Notes under the pieces: model-generated
Database searches by the model: none
What the model was told of the DNA's origin: nothing
The model's input: the letters and a program-made list of their open reading frames with translations, nothing else
Program-made: the position numbers and the translations under genes
Part shown: piece by piece, positions 10,189 through 19,966 of the stretch
How the letters are laid out: the number at the start of each line of letters is the position of its first letter
Numbering within the stretch: position 1 is the first letter of the stretch
DNA from: an uncultured bacterium
GTDB taxonomy: Bacteria > Chlamydiota > Chlamydiia > Chlamydiales > VFKH01
DNA: 64,000 nucleotides
Assembly (NCBI GenBank): GCA_964596685.1
Contig: CAZQVA010000004.1
Span: forward strand, 15,004 to 79,003
Direction of reading: 5' to 3'

Positions 10189-10661
10189 CCGGCCTCACCC
10201 ATCTCGACGCCGAAGGCCGCGCCCGCATGGTCGATGTTGGCGACAAGGCCGTAACCACCCGCCAGGCCGAAGCGCGCGGCAAACTGCGCTGCTTGCCTGA
10301 AACGCTGGCTGCCGTCCGCGCCGGAACCACGCCCAAGGGCAGTGTCATTGCCACGGCGGAACTGGCCGGAGTCATGGCGGCCAAGCGCACGTCGGACCTG
10401 ATCCCGCTGTGCCATCCGTTGGCCTTGACCAAGGCGCTGGTCGAAGTGGCTATCGACGATAACCTGCCCGGCTTCACGATCCGGTCTGAAGTGCGGACCA
10501 GCGGGCAGACCGGGGTCGAAATGGAGGCGCTGACGGCGGTTTCCGTCGCCGGGCTCACCCTGTTCGACATGCTCAAGGCGATCGACAAGACCATGGTGAT
10601 CGGCGCGATCCGGGTGACGGCGAAGTCCGGTGGCCGCTCCGGAGACTGGAGCGCGGAATGA
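10185..10661 (+). CDS. moaC: Cyclic pyranopterin monophosphate synthase
   Basis: [18 protein letters not shown]...[13 protein letters not shown]...[23 protein letters not shown] are canonical MoaC motifs. Confidence 0.92.
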   Translation: MTGLTHLDAEGRARMVDVGDKAVTTRQAEARGKLRCLPETLAAVRAGTTPKGSVIATAELAGVMAAKRTSDLIPLCHPLALTKALVEVAIDDNLPGFTIRSEVRTSGQTGVEMEALTAVSVAGLTLFDMLKAIDKTMVIGAIRVTAKSGGRSGDWSAE

Positions 10662-11842
10662 TTTCCTTTGACGAGGCTCTCGGCCTGATCGCGGCGCAGG
10701 TCGGTCCGCGCGGCACGGAGGAGGTACCTCTGGCCCAGGCTGCTGGCCGCATCCTTGCCGCGCCGCTTCACGCCCGCAGCGCCTCGCCCCGCGTGGCTGT
10801 CGCGGCGATGGATGGCTATGCGGTAATTGACGCGGCGACGCGTCCCGGCGAGGTGCTGAACGTGATCGGCGAAAGCCGTGCCGGCTGTGGTTATACCGGC
10901 GTGGTCAAGTCGGGCGAAGCCGTGCGCATCTTCACTGGCGCGCCCATGCCGAAGGGTGCGGATCGTTGCGTCATGCAGGAATATGCGACCCGTGATGGCG
11001 ATGTGGTCCGCTTTGCGGAAGGCTATGGCCCGGGCTGGCACGTCCGCGCCGCTGGCAGCGACTTTGCGGCTGAAGACCTGCTGCTCGATTCCGGAACCCG
11101 GCTCACCCCGCGCGCGATGATCGCCGCTGCCGCCGCCGATGTGGCGCACCTGACCCTTGCCCGGCAGCCCCGCATAGCGATTATCGGCACCGGCGATGAA
11201 CTGGCCCCTCCCGGCGAGGCCTACCGCCGCGAAGATGCCATCCCCGAAAGCGTAACCTTCGGCGTCTCCGCCATGGCCGAGCAGGCCGGGGCCAAGGTCG
11301 TCACCAAGACCATCGGGCTGGATGACCTATCCTCGCTGGAGGCGGCGGCTGGAAAGGCTCTCGAACTGGCGGACTTGGTGATCGTCACTGGGGGCGCCTC
11401 GGTGGGGGAGCGCGATTTTGCCAAACCGATGTTCGCCGCCCACGGTCTGGACCTGGTCTTTGCCAAGGTCGGGATCAAACCGGGCAAGCCGGTCTGGCTG
11501 GGCCGCGCTGCGGGCAAATGGGTGCTGGGCCTGCCCGGCAATCCGACTTCGGCCATGGTCACGGCACGGCTATTCCTGCGTCCTGCGTTGGCGCGGCTGC
11601 AAGGCCAGCCGATCAGCGATGTGATGCAGTGGCGCAAGCTTCCGCTTGCGGCGCCGCTGGGTGCGACCGGCAACCGCGAAACCTTCGTCCGGGCGCGCTG
11701 GGATGACGCGGGACTGGTTCCGCTCGGCAATCAGGATAGCGGTGCGCAGGGGCCCCTTGCCGCTGCCGACTGGTTGATCCGCTGTCCGGCTGGACAAGCT
11801 GCGCTGGAGCCGGGCCAGGCCGTCACTGCCCTGTCGTTCTGA
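10658..11842 (+). CDS. moeA: Molybdopterin molybdenumtransferase
   Basis: 394 aa with [25 protein letters not shown] and [10 protein letters not shown], which are MoeA/gephyrin E-domain motifs. Confidence 0.9.
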   Translation: MISFDEALGLIAAQVGPRGTEEVPLAQAAGRILAAPLHARSASPRVAVAAMDGYAVIDAATRPGEVLNVIGESRAGCGYTGVVKSGEAVRIFTGAPMPKGADRCVMQEYATRDGDVVRFAEGYGPGWHVRAAGSDFAAEDLLLDSGTRLTPRAMIAAAAADVAHLTLARQPRIAIIGTGDELAPPGEAYRREDAIPESVTFGVSAMAEQAGAKVVTKTIGLDDLSSLEAAAGKALELADLVIVTGGASVGERDFAKPMFAAHGLDLVFAKVGIKPGKPVWLGRAAGKWVLGLPGNPTSAMVTARLFLRPALARLQGQPISDVMQWRKLPLAAPLGATGNRETFVRARWDDAGLVPLGNQDSGAQGPLAAADWLIRCPAGQAALEPGQAVTALSF

Positions 11843-12434
11843 TCCGTTGCTCTGCAGCGGTCAGTGCGGCAGGATCGTTGACGTTGGCAAAGGGATCGGG
11901 CGTTTCGGCCCATTCGACCTGCACCAGCCCGATTGCTTCGGCATAGCGCCACAGCGATTGTCCGCCCTCCGCGATCCAGCGTTCCAGTGGTTCCACTTTG
12001 TTACGCCACAGTGCGGCCATGGGGTGCAGCCTCCCGCCGCTGACCGGCATGGCAACGCCGTGGCCGGGCAGGGCTGCGCTTAGCCGAAGGACCAGATCAT
12101 CCGGTAGGAATGGCAGGTCGCAGCCGATCAGCAATGTCGCCGCGCGTCCCTGCCTTGCCCCTTCGCAAACCGCGCTGCGCAAGGCGCTGATCGGGCCGAT
12201 CCCCTCCATGCTGTCGAACAGCAGGGGCAAGCCGGTGCCCCAGTCGTCATCGCCGGGCCGCACAGCCAAGGCGAGGGCATCGCTGTGCTGCCCGGCCCAG
12301 TTGCAGGCGCGGTCGATCAGGCGGGTGCCGCCCAGCAGACGCTCTGGCTTGTTGCCGCCGATCCGGCTGCCGCTGCCACCCGCAGCGATCACAATAAGGG
12401 GCGGTTCAGGTGCCAAGCAGCTTGGCTCCGGCAA
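11823..12434 (-). CDS. mobA: Molybdenum cofactor guanylyltransferase
   Basis: IAAGGSGSRIGGNKPE and GCDLPFLP motifs. Convergent with moeA (20-nt 3' overlap). The start is uncertain, as the annotated ATG overlaps the upstream permease gene by 29 nt. Confidence 0.85.
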   Translation of the reverse strand: MPEPSCLAPEPPLIVIAAGGSGSRIGGNKPERLLGGTRLIDRACNWAGQHSDALALAVRPGDDDWGTGLPLLFDSMEGIGPISALRSAVCEGARQGRAATLLIGCDLPFLPDDLVLRLSAALPGHGVAMPVSGGRLHPMAALWRNKVEPLERWIAEGGQSLWRYAEAIGLVQVEWAETPDPFANVNDPAALTAAEQRIRTTGQ

Positions 12435-13137
12435 TGACCAGCACCAGCGCGAGCAGGCGGATCAGCGCGGTGCGCGGCAGGCGGGTTGCGCTGACACCGC
12501 TGCCCAGCAATCCGCCGACAATGACCGCGCCAACATACCACGGCGTTTCCGTGGGCAGGGCGTCGAGTTTCGCGCCCTGGCCCAGCAGTCCCGCCGCGCT
12601 GTTGCAGAAGATGAAGGCGGCGCTGATCCCGGCGACGGTCCGCGCTTCCGCCCAGCGCATCAGGATCAGCAGCGGGCTGAGGAAAATGCCGCCTCCTGTT
12701 CCTGTAAGTCCGGCAATCAGGCCCAGTGCACCGCCGGTGGGCAGGGCGACCAGTGGGCGGGGCGGTTGTGTTTCCGCCCGGGCAAGCTGCGGGCGAAACA
12801 CCAGCGTGGCCGCCGAAGCGATCAGGACGATCCCCAGCAGCACGCGGTGCCAGTTCCCGCCCAGATCGACCGATCCGCCCAGGAAGGCCATCGGGATCGC
12901 CGCTCCGCCGAACAGCAGGAACAGGCGCAGATCGAAGGCTCCGGCGCGGCGGAACTGGATGAAGGCAATGGCCGAAACGAACAGGTTCAGCACCAGCGCC
13001 AGCGGGCGCATCTGTTCCGGCGCAAACCCGGTCAGCGCCATCAGCGCCAAATAGGCGGAAGCGCCGCCATGGCCCACCGCCGCATAAAGCGCGGCAGCGG
13101 CCAGTAGCATCACGGAAAATGGAACGGGATCAAGCAT
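12406..13137 (-). CDS. TauE/SafE (DUF81) family anion exporter/permease
   Basis: 243 aa polytopic membrane protein with Gly-rich repeats (GHGGASAY, GLTGTGGGIF) typical of TauE/SafE. Confidence 0.8.
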   Translation of the reverse strand: MLDPVPFSVMLLAAAALYAAVGHGGASAYLALMALTGFAPEQMRPLALVLNLFVSAIAFIQFRRAGAFDLRLFLLFGGAAIPMAFLGGSVDLGGNWHRVLLGIVLIASAATLVFRPQLARAETQPPRPLVALPTGGALGLIAGLTGTGGGIFLSPLLILMRWAEARTVAGISAAFIFCNSAAGLLGQGAKLDALPTETPWYVGAVIVGGLLGSGVSATRLPRTALIRLLALVLVIAGAKLLGT

Positions 13138-13303
13138 GGGTAATAACTTTGAGTGCCGCCTACATCGGGGTCAAGTAAGGATCTGCTGACATATCGCACA
13201 GCCGATTTGTAATCATGGCACGGCTGGTGCGGAAGAATGGGCACCACCCGGGTGCAAAAGAAATTTTCGGCCGTTCACTGCGCCTGGTTTGCCCGGGTGT
13301 TCG

Positions 13304-13333
13304 GATCGTGTCCCACGGGGTGGTGTAGCTGGG
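13304..13333. repeat. IS256-family left terminal inverted repeat
   Basis: Exact reverse complement of 14645-14674. Confidence 0.9.
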
Positions 13334-13404
13334 TGCTGAGGTGGTCACCGTGATTTTCGGATAGGTTTGGGTTGCGACACTCGAACCTGACGGAAGGAAC
13401 CACG

Positions 13405-14607
13405 ATGACCGATCCGATGATGCACTTGCGTTCGCTGGTGGAGAAGGCCCCGGACGCGGATATTTTACGCGACATGATCTCGTTTGCTGCCGAGCGGCTG
13501 ATGGAGATGGAAGTCGGCAACCTGACCGGCGCGGGCTATGGGGAGAAGTCGTCAGCGCGGCTTGTCCAGCGCAATGGTCACCGCGAGCGTGACTGGCAGA
13601 CGCGGGCCGGCACGGTCGAACTGCGCATCCCCAAGCTGCGCAAGGGCAGCTACTTCCCCGGCTTTCTCGAACCACGCCGGATGGCCGAGCGGGCGCTGAC
13701 GGCGGTGATCCAGGAAGCCTACATCCAGGGTATCTCGACCCGCTCGGTCGACGATCTGGTCAAGGCGCTGGGCATGGATGGCATCTCGAAGAGCCAGGTC
13801 AGCCGACTGTGCGAGGAGTTGGACGAGCGCGTCCACACCTTCCTTGATCGCCCGATCGAAGGCGACTGGCCATACCTGTGGATCGACGCCACCTACGTGA
13901 AGGTGCGCCAGAACGGGCGGATCGTCTCGGTCGCGGTGATCGTCGCCGTCGGCGTCAACAGCGACGGCCGCCGCGAAGTGCTGGGCATGGACATCGGCCC
14001 CTCGGAGGCAGAGCCCTTCTGGATGGCCTTCCTGCGCAAGCTGACGCGCAGGGGCCTGCGCGGCGTGAAGCTGGTCATCTCGGACGCTCACGAAGGCATC
14101 AAGGCGGCCGTATCCAAATTGCTGTGCGCGAGTTGGCAACGCTGCCGCGTCCACTTCATGCGCAATGCCCTGGCTCATGCCGGCAAGAGCGGCAGGCGCG
14201 TCGTCTCCGCGTTCATCGCCACCGCGTTCGCCCAGGAAACACCCGAAGCCGCGAGCCAACAATGGCGTTCCGTGGCGGATCAGGTGCGACCCAAACTGCC
14301 CAAGCTGGCGACCCTGATGGACGACGCCGAACCCGATGTGCTGGCATACATGACGTTCCCCAAGGAACACCGTGCCAAGCTGCACAGCACGAATCCCATC
14401 GAGCGGCTCAACGGCGAGATCAAACGCAGGACTGAGGTCGTCGGTATCTTCCCGAACGAGGCCGCCATCACCCGCCTCGTCGGTGCTATCCTCATGGAAC
14501 AGTCCGACGAATGGGCTGTCCAGCGCGCCCGCTACATGACACTTGAAACGATGGCGCCCCTCAGCGACAATCCCATCGTCATGCTGTCGGCTGTACCTGG
14601 CGCATGA
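13405..14607 (+). CDS. IS256-family (Mutator-type) transposase
   Basis: [22 protein letters not shown]...[12 protein letters not shown]...[12 protein letters not shown]...[11 protein letters not shown]...[15 protein letters not shown] is the IS256 DDE signature. A GGAAGGA RBS lies upstream of the ATG at 13405. Confidence 0.93.
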   Translation: MTDPMMHLRSLVEKAPDADILRDMISFAAERLMEMEVGNLTGAGYGEKSSARLVQRNGHRERDWQTRAGTVELRIPKLRKGSYFPGFLEPRRMAERALTAVIQEAYIQGISTRSVDDLVKALGMDGISKSQVSRLCEELDERVHTFLDRPIEGDWPYLWIDATYVKVRQNGRIVSVAVIVAVGVNSDGRREVLGMDIGPSEAEPFWMAFLRKLTRRGLRGVKLVISDAHEGIKAAVSKLLCASWQRCRVHFMRNALAHAGKSGRRVVSAFIATAFAQETPEAASQQWRSVADQVRPKLPKLATLMDDAEPDVLAYMTFPKEHRAKLHSTNPIERLNGEIKRRTEVVGIFPNEAAITRLVGAILMEQSDEWAVQRARYMTLETMAPLSDNPIVMLSAVPGA

Positions 14608-14644
14608 TCGGCTCAAACTGACGCCGAAATGAGCGGGGGCCTCC

Positions 14645-14674
14645 CCCAGCTACACCACCCCGTGGGACACGATC
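14645..14674. repeat. IS256-family right terminal inverted repeat
   Basis: Exact reverse complement of 13304-13333. Confidence 0.9.
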
Positions 14675-14911
14675 GCAGATCAGCGGCGTAATGGCTTACA
14701 TCTCGATGGTGCGGTTAATAGGTCCTGACCCTAACTTTGCGCAAAATCAAAGAGCGCATATCTCATAAATTAATGATATTAATTTCTTATACAAATCTGA
14801 CCCCCGGTCGTTAATTCGCGGGCGCGTGTATTTTGGATCGGACACGGTGTCCCATCCGAGACCTGTAGACTATGCAATCCCCCCCCCACCCCCGCACAAT
14901 TTTCGCGCTGA

Positions 14912-17900
14912 TCAGGCGGTCAGATCCGCGGGTTTAACGATCTCATACCTGGTAAGCTCACCCAGCCGCGCGGACAGCCACTCGCGAGGGTCAGGTATCA
15001 AGTTTAGGTCAAACATCGCAGCCCGGATCTTCTGTCCTGCGCCCGCGGGCTGGTAGGTCACCATAGCGGAGGAGGGGGACATTTCGCTATTATAGAACAT
15101 CTCATAATAGCCATTTGTCCCCCTCCTCTTGGCATCCTTCTTGGCAATCTCGCGGGTCGGCCACAGCTCCGGGAAGCACTTGGCCCGGTCGGCGGCGTTG
15201 TCGAGAACCACTCCGCGCGAGGCCATCATGTCGATGCGGCTGGGAACGAGCGCGGCCCAGTCGATCACCTCGTCAGCGGTGACGGGCAGCACAATGTCGG
15301 TGAGCAGGTCGATCTGCAGGGGATTGTCAGCTGTACGATTGACGCCCCGGCCGCGTCCCATTGCCTGAATCAACTCGCCCTCGCAGATATTCCAGCGAAT
15401 TGCTTCCGCGATTGGATCGGGATGATGTTCGCCCATGACCAAGCGGGATCGTCCATTGGGCCGACGGATCACCCGTTCGGTCAGCGGGTACCACCAGCTT
15501 TGGTTGTCATTGTCTTTTTGGGGCGGACGCCCGGTCAGCGCGATCTGCAGCTTGGCGATCAAAGAAGGTGCCGGCAGCGTACGACCCATGATGACCATGC
15601 CGGTGACATTGCCCCAACGATCCATCCCGCTCAGCGCATTGAAATGCGCGGTCTCCAGATTGGCCGGCAGGTCAGACTGGCTCAGGGCTGCCACCGCCCG
15701 CATTTGCCCGATGGCGAGTACCGCGGCTGTTCCGCCACCCATCTGCATTGACCGCGCGGTAAGGTAGGTACGCAGGGCTCGCAGGTTGTTGGCCGCTGTC
15801 GTACGCTCCCGGTCCTTCGCCTGCGGCCCCGGCACCAGCGCCTTGCTGCTTACCGGCGCCCCCAGGACCTGTCGGATCCGCACATGCGGTGTCCTGGCGC
15901 TTACGGCCGGGGCCACGGAAATGCCGGGCAGAAAGGGCGTCACCAGTTCCTGCCGCATCGTCGCGTCGATGTGCAGGACCGGTATATTCTCGATCCACCC
16001 AGTCCGGATCGATGACCGCCACAGGAGGTCCAGCGACCTGACCGTGCCGCCCGGCGTATGCATTCGGCCAACCTGAACACCCCAGGCATCATGACCTTCT
16101 TCCAGCGCCTGAGCCAGGATTGACCACATGGCTGCAGCACGACCCGGCGGAGCCCAGGCGTTCTTGCGCCGCGGCATCACTGCACCCAGCCGTTTGGCGC
16201 GTTCTTCAACTGACATGCCCGGCAAAATACCCGGATCCGGTAGTCTGCCTCGTTCGAGCTTTGCTGCGTCCCGGCAGATGCTCGGGGTCAGTCTGGCGGC
16301 CCGCAAGTCAGCAAGGCGAAGGGGGCCTTCCCGGGTCCGCTCCAGCACCTTCCAGAGCTTCAACCGATGCTCGATCAGGAACTGGGTCTCGGGATAGTCA
16401 TAGGCATTCTTGTGGTCGTAGCAGCGCAGGTCCGCGTCATAAGGATCGAGGCTATCGACGGTGATCTGGACCGGACTGTCCGTGCCGCGCAGACCCGACT
16501 GCCAGAACCCCTCGTCGATCACCAAAAGTGCCGGCCGCCCGATGACCTTGGGCATCGCATGGAACAGGCTGTCATGCGCACAGATGATGACCTGCGCCGA
16601 CTTGGCGATGAGCTTCTGCCGCTGGTATCCGCAGACCTCGTAATGCGGGCAGTAGAAGGTCTTGGTGTCACCCTTGACCTTGCACACGGCCTGTTCAACG
16701 GAGAGTTCGGCTGCCAGTGCATCGGCCTGTGCGTCGGGATCAAGACACATGCGTTGGTCCGGGTTCTCCGGCACGGGATCCGGCGCGGTGCGGCCTTTCC
16801 AGAGAACTGCTGCTACGCCGGCCCTGGCAAAAGCATCAACCTGTTCTTCCCCCAGATCGTGGCGCGGTACTGCAAAGACAACCTTGCCACCGCCAAGCCG
16901 TTTAGCTGCCAATGCCGCGATGATCTGGCCACGGACCTGACTGGTTTTGCCAAGACCAACGTCGACCGGTAATCCGAGCAGCGGCGGCTTTGGGGCATTT
17001 GCTGCCTCGCCCCCGTTCAGGTCCTGCGCTGCCGCTTCGTGGAAGGCAGTAACCTCGTCCATGAAAGTAGCAATGCGGCTGGCAAGTTGGGCGCGTGCAC
17101 CAGCAACATCATGCTCGGGCTCTGGATAAGTTGGCTCCTTTCCACCAACCCAGTCTGCAGCTGCAATGGCCGAACGCAAGGCCTCGATCCCTTCGGCCCT
17201 GACCAGATCATTGGCATCGCCCGAGATCGGCGGAATGACCAACCGCGCATCATTTTCACGCGCCGCTTCGGTTGCCGCAGTTACGCCTGGATTATCGGCT
17301 CGACCGGACTTGGCATCGTTGTCAGCCACGATGACCAGCTCAAGGTCGGGATAGCGCCCGCGCAGCACCCGGGTGACGCGAATTAAGCTTCCAGCATCAA
17401 ATGCCGCCACGACCGGCTTACCCGTCGCCTCATAGATGCTTGCCGCAGTGGCCCAGCCTTCGCAGACCAGCAGATGAGAGGCGTCCTTGGTCCACTCACC
17501 GAGCACGGCAAAATGGTTGGTCTTGATACCGCCGGTCAGAAACCGCTTGTTACCTTCTGCATCGATGCGCTGGAGCGTGTGGATGGCACCATCGATATCT
17601 CGTAGGCCAATGACGAGCCGCCCTTGCGTGTCGACGAAGATGCCGTTGGGCTGGATCCCCTTGCCGACGAGATAGGGATGATCCGCAAGAGCCGGCTGAG
17701 CTTCAGCGAGGATTTGCTGCGCCACCTTCTGAGCCTTGGCAGCCATCTCATCCCGGTACGGATCGTCAGCGCTGCGTGTGGTTTCAACCGATGGCCTGAC
17801 ACCCGTGCGATCGGCAATCCAGTCGCAAGCTTGGACATAGCTGCAACCCAATACAGATGTGACGAGCGCGACAAGCCCGCCGCCACGCCCGGCTTCGTGG

Positions 17901-18718
17901 TCGTACCACTGGCCTGGCTTGGCACCGTCCACCCGAACCGAGAGACTGCCTCTGCCCCGGTAGCGCCATTCCCGGTCTGTCTTGGCTGATGGTTGGCCCA
18001 GCAGCTCGATAAGAAGCCGCGGCAGCCCTTTCTCCATGTCGGAGAAGATCGCTGGCTCACCCCTGCCAGGTTTAATCAGCTGGTAGTCTGTATTGCGGGC
18101 CGGCAACCGCAGCGGAGATGTTAGCTTGGTTGTCTCTGCAGGCAGCGCGGGAGCCCGCAAGACCTCGGCCAGCCACTCGGGCATATCGGCGAGCTGTGAC
18201 TGACCGGGAGCACTCTCCCAAGCGTACAAAGCGCCGCTGGGATGGAGGCTGCCGGGGCCAACCACGTAACCGCCGTCCCCGCGTATATCCATGCCGGGCA
18301 GAAAGCCTGCGCGATTGGCAATCTTGTAGCCGGGATGACGGAAGTAGACATGCTGGCCCTTACCGGTCCGGACTATCAGAGTGTCTGGAAGACCCCGTCG
18401 CTGCGCCTCGGCAATCGCCTCGTAGTTATCGAGATCAAGGACGACCAGTCCGCTGACCTCGCCAGTGACAATCCCGATGTTGCCGCTCGGCAAGGCTTTG
18501 AACCATGCCTCGATGTCGCTACGCGAAGCGCGCGCCTTTTGATAAGCTTGCCAGGCGATGCGCGGACGCTTGTCGGCAGGTTTGAGGGGGATCAGGCTGA
18601 ATCCCAGATCGTGCAGGGCCAACCAGTTTTGGAAGTCCGCAGCCGCTGTGCCTAGTAGTGCTTGCTGGGCGGCAGTCATGCCGTGTCGCGTCCTCTTGAA
18701 GGAAAGGGGACACGACAA
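14912..18718 (-). CDS. Multidomain replication protein: N-terminal AEP PrimPol, DnaG-like Toprim primase module, C-terminal P-loop helicase-like ATPase
   Basis: N-terminus has VVLDLD, GKGQHVYF and DIRGDGGYVVGPGS (bifunctional primase/polymerase). The middle has SLSV...GQWYDHEAGRGGGLVALV followed by LLVCEGWATAASI...VIVADNDAKSG (Toprim E and DxD). The C-terminal part has GLGKTS (Walker A) and LLVIDEGFWQ (Walker B). An alternative start is M14 at 18679. Confidence 0.8.
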   Translation of the reverse strand: MSCPLSFKRTRHGMTAAQQALLGTAAADFQNWLALHDLGFSLIPLKPADKRPRIAWQAYQKARASRSDIEAWFKALPSGNIGIVTGEVSGLVVLDLDNYEAIAEAQRRGLPDTLIVRTGKGQHVYFRHPGYKIANRAGFLPGMDIRGDGGYVVGPGSLHPSGALYAWESAPGQSQLADMPEWLAEVLRAPALPAETTKLTSPLRLPARNTDYQLIKPGRGEPAIFSDMEKGLPRLLIELLGQPSAKTDREWRYRGRGSLSVRVDGAKPGQWYDHEAGRGGGLVALVTSVLGCSYVQACDWIADRTGVRPSVETTRSADDPYRDEMAAKAQKVAQQILAEAQPALADHPYLVGKGIQPNGIFVDTQGRLVIGLRDIDGAIHTLQRIDAEGNKRFLTGGIKTNHFAVLGEWTKDASHLLVCEGWATAASIYEATGKPVVAAFDAGSLIRVTRVLRGRYPDLELVIVADNDAKSGRADNPGVTAATEAARENDARLVIPPISGDANDLVRAEGIEALRSAIAAADWVGGKEPTYPEPEHDVAGARAQLASRIATFMDEVTAFHEAAAQDLNGGEAANAPKPPLLGLPVDVGLGKTSQVRGQIIAALAAKRLGGGKVVFAVPRHDLGEEQVDAFARAGVAAVLWKGRTAPDPVPENPDQRMCLDPDAQADALAAELSVEQAVCKVKGDTKTFYCPHYEVCGYQRQKLIAKSAQVIICAHDSLFHAMPKVIGRPALLVIDEGFWQSGLRGTDSPVQITVDSLDPYDADLRCYDHKNAYDYPETQFLIEHRLKLWKVLERTREGPLRLADLRAARLTPSICRDAAKLERGRLPDPGILPGMSVEERAKRLGAVMPRRKNAWAPPGRAAAMWSILAQALEEGHDAWGVQVGRMHTPGGTVRSLDLLWRSSIRTGWIENIPVLHIDATMRQELVTPFLPGISVAPAVSARTPHVRIRQVLGAPVSSKALVPGPQAKDRERTTAANNLRALRTYLTARSMQMGGGTAAVLAIGQMRAVAALSQSDLPANLETAHFNALSGMDRWGNVTGMVIMGRTLPAPSLIAKLQIALTGRPPQKDNDNQSWWYPLTERVIRRPNGRSRLVMGEHHPDPIAEAIRWNICEGELIQAMGRGRGVNRTADNPLQIDLLTDIVLPVTADEVIDWAALVPSRIDMMASRGVVLDNAADRAKCFPELWPTREIAKKDAKRRGTNGYYEMFYNSEMSPSSAMVTYQPAGAGQKIRAAMFDLNLIPDPREWLSARLGELTRYEIVKPADLTA

Positions 18719-18788
18719 AAGTCATCATTTTTGGACCGCTGAAACGTTCGAAGCGGTCAGCGGTCGAAACTGTATTCGAGACCTCGCA

Positions 18789-18808
18789 GGGTTGAAGGGT
18801 TGAACCCT
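18789..18808. repeat. 20-bp repeat copy 1 (GGGTTGAAGGGTTGAACCCT) containing the palindrome AGGGTTGAACCCT
   Basis: 19/20 identical to 19601-19620. It lies between the 230-aa gene and the PrimPol gene start. Confidence 0.8.
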
Positions 18809-18829
18809 AGTGGCAGTTCCGCGATGCGA

Positions 18830-19522
18830 TCATCGCCAGCTCCGCTTGCTGCCTCCGCGCTGAGATGACGGCAGACGAATGATCGTCGCCATCGCTTTGG
18901 CGAGGTTGCCAGACACCGGCTCGCCCTCAATGTCCTGGTCCTTGAACCAGTCAACCAGCACCTCCTTCTTGGACTGGTCCAAATCGTCGATGCCATTCTC
19001 AGCAATCGCGCGATCGATCAGGTCGAGGTAGGGTGTGGTGTAATCGGTGGGCTCGATCGGCTTGGGCGGCGGAAGTGTCCAGATTGCCTCGACCATGAAC
19101 CGCGGGATCTGGATGTTGATATATTCGCCGTCCTGCAGTTCTAGCCGTTCGGGCAGGCTGCCATCGTCAACATGCAACACCCCGCTGATCCAATGCTCTG
19201 GCTGTATCCAGACAAGCTGGCTGGAGTGGAAAATCCATTCCCGCGCGTCGCGGTCCGGGAAGACCGGATTGCGGCTGTTGGAATGGCGGCCTTGCGCATG
19301 CACGCTGCCCTGGCGCAAGGCCTGCCAAAGCTGGCGGGAGGCATCGAGGTTGATGTTCTGCCAGCGAGATGATCCTGACGCGGTCGGTGAGAGCAGCTTG
19401 CCGATATCGAGCACGACCTTTTCACCGGTCGCCGCCTCATGCCGCGCTCGGCAAATCCGGCAGATGTACCGGTAGGTTTGATCAAGGGACCAGAGGGTGC
19501 GGTCGAGTGTGTCGATGGGCAT
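18830..19522 (-). CDS. Hypothetical protein (230 aa), first gene of the PrimPol transcription unit
   Basis: Long ORF with codon usage consistent with its neighbours. No motif recognised. Confidence 0.6.
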   Translation of the reverse strand: MPIDTLDRTLWSLDQTYRYICRICRARHEAATGEKVVLDIGKLLSPTASGSSRWQNINLDASRQLWQALRQGSVHAQGRHSNSRNPVFPDRDAREWIFHSSQLVWIQPEHWISGVLHVDDGSLPERLELQDGEYINIQIPRFMVEAIWTLPPPKPIEPTDYTTPYLDLIDRAIAENGIDDLDQSKKEVLVDWFKDQDIEGEPVSGNLAKAMATIIRLPSSQRGGSKRSWR

Positions 19523-19600
19523 TTGTGTTCCGAATCATGAGCGGACGAGGCTGGAACATAAAATGAACATAAGTGCCCTGCAAGGCCATCACCACGCAAT

Positions 19601-19620
19601 GGGTTGAAGGGTTCAACCCT
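19601..19620. repeat. 20-bp repeat copy 2 (GGGTTGAAGGGTTCAACCCT)
   Basis: 19/20 identical to 18789-18808. It lies in the divergent intergenic region about 80 bp upstream of the 230-aa gene. Confidence 0.8.
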
Positions 19621-19795
19621 TCTGGGGGTAAAGCTGTGAAGCACTGGCGAACCCCTTCGAACGTAGCGGGATATTGCCGGATTCGGCGATCCTGCGGCCA
19701 TGATCAAAGTCGACTTATCTTCCATCGCCAGCGCCAACGACGACATGCCCAGATATGGGGCCATGAAGCGTCCCAATGCGCTCCATCCCAGCCTG

Positions 19796-19966
19796 ATGAC
19801 GCCTGCCGAGCGGCGCTCTGAACTCTGCGCAATTCTGGGTCTGGGCATCGTCCGCCTGCACCTGCGCAATAGGGGGCAACTGTCCCCTCAAAGCGGAGAC
19901 TTTCCGCTACACTTCACGCCCGAACAGAGCGGTAGTGCGGCTCCAACTCGAAGGAGAGCTGCATGA
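19796..19966 (+). CDS. Small hypothetical protein preceding DUF2924 (start uncertain; track ORF begins at 19700)
   Basis: Its stop overlaps the DUF2924 ATG (ATGA at 19963-19966), which suggests translational coupling. It contains MTPAERRSELCAILGLGIVRLHLR. Confidence 0.4.
   Translation: MTPAERRSELCAILGLGIVRLHLRNRGQLSPQSGDFPLHFTPEQSGSAAPTRRRAA

Larger units (their letters stand above)
13304..14674 (+). mobile_element. IS256-family insertion sequence (about 1.37 kb)
   Basis: Perfect 30-bp terminal inverted repeats (GATCGTGTCCCACGGGGTGGTGTAGCTGGG at 13304-13333, exact reverse complement at 14645-14674) enclose one Mutator/IS256-type transposase gene. The flanking 8-9 bp do not match, so no target-site duplication is seen. 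Confidence 0.9.

Noticed and set aside
14833-14855. GGATCG...GTGTCCCA resembling the outer part of the IS256 terminal repeat (possible relic IS end)
   Set aside because: Only about 8 contiguous matching bases, interrupted by an insertion. This is compatible with chance.
14879-14893. C9-A-C5 homopolymer tract as a phase-variation switch
   Set aside because: It lies about 20 nt downstream of the PrimPol stop codon in non-coding DNA, so slippage would shift no reading frame. No promoter spacing argument is available.
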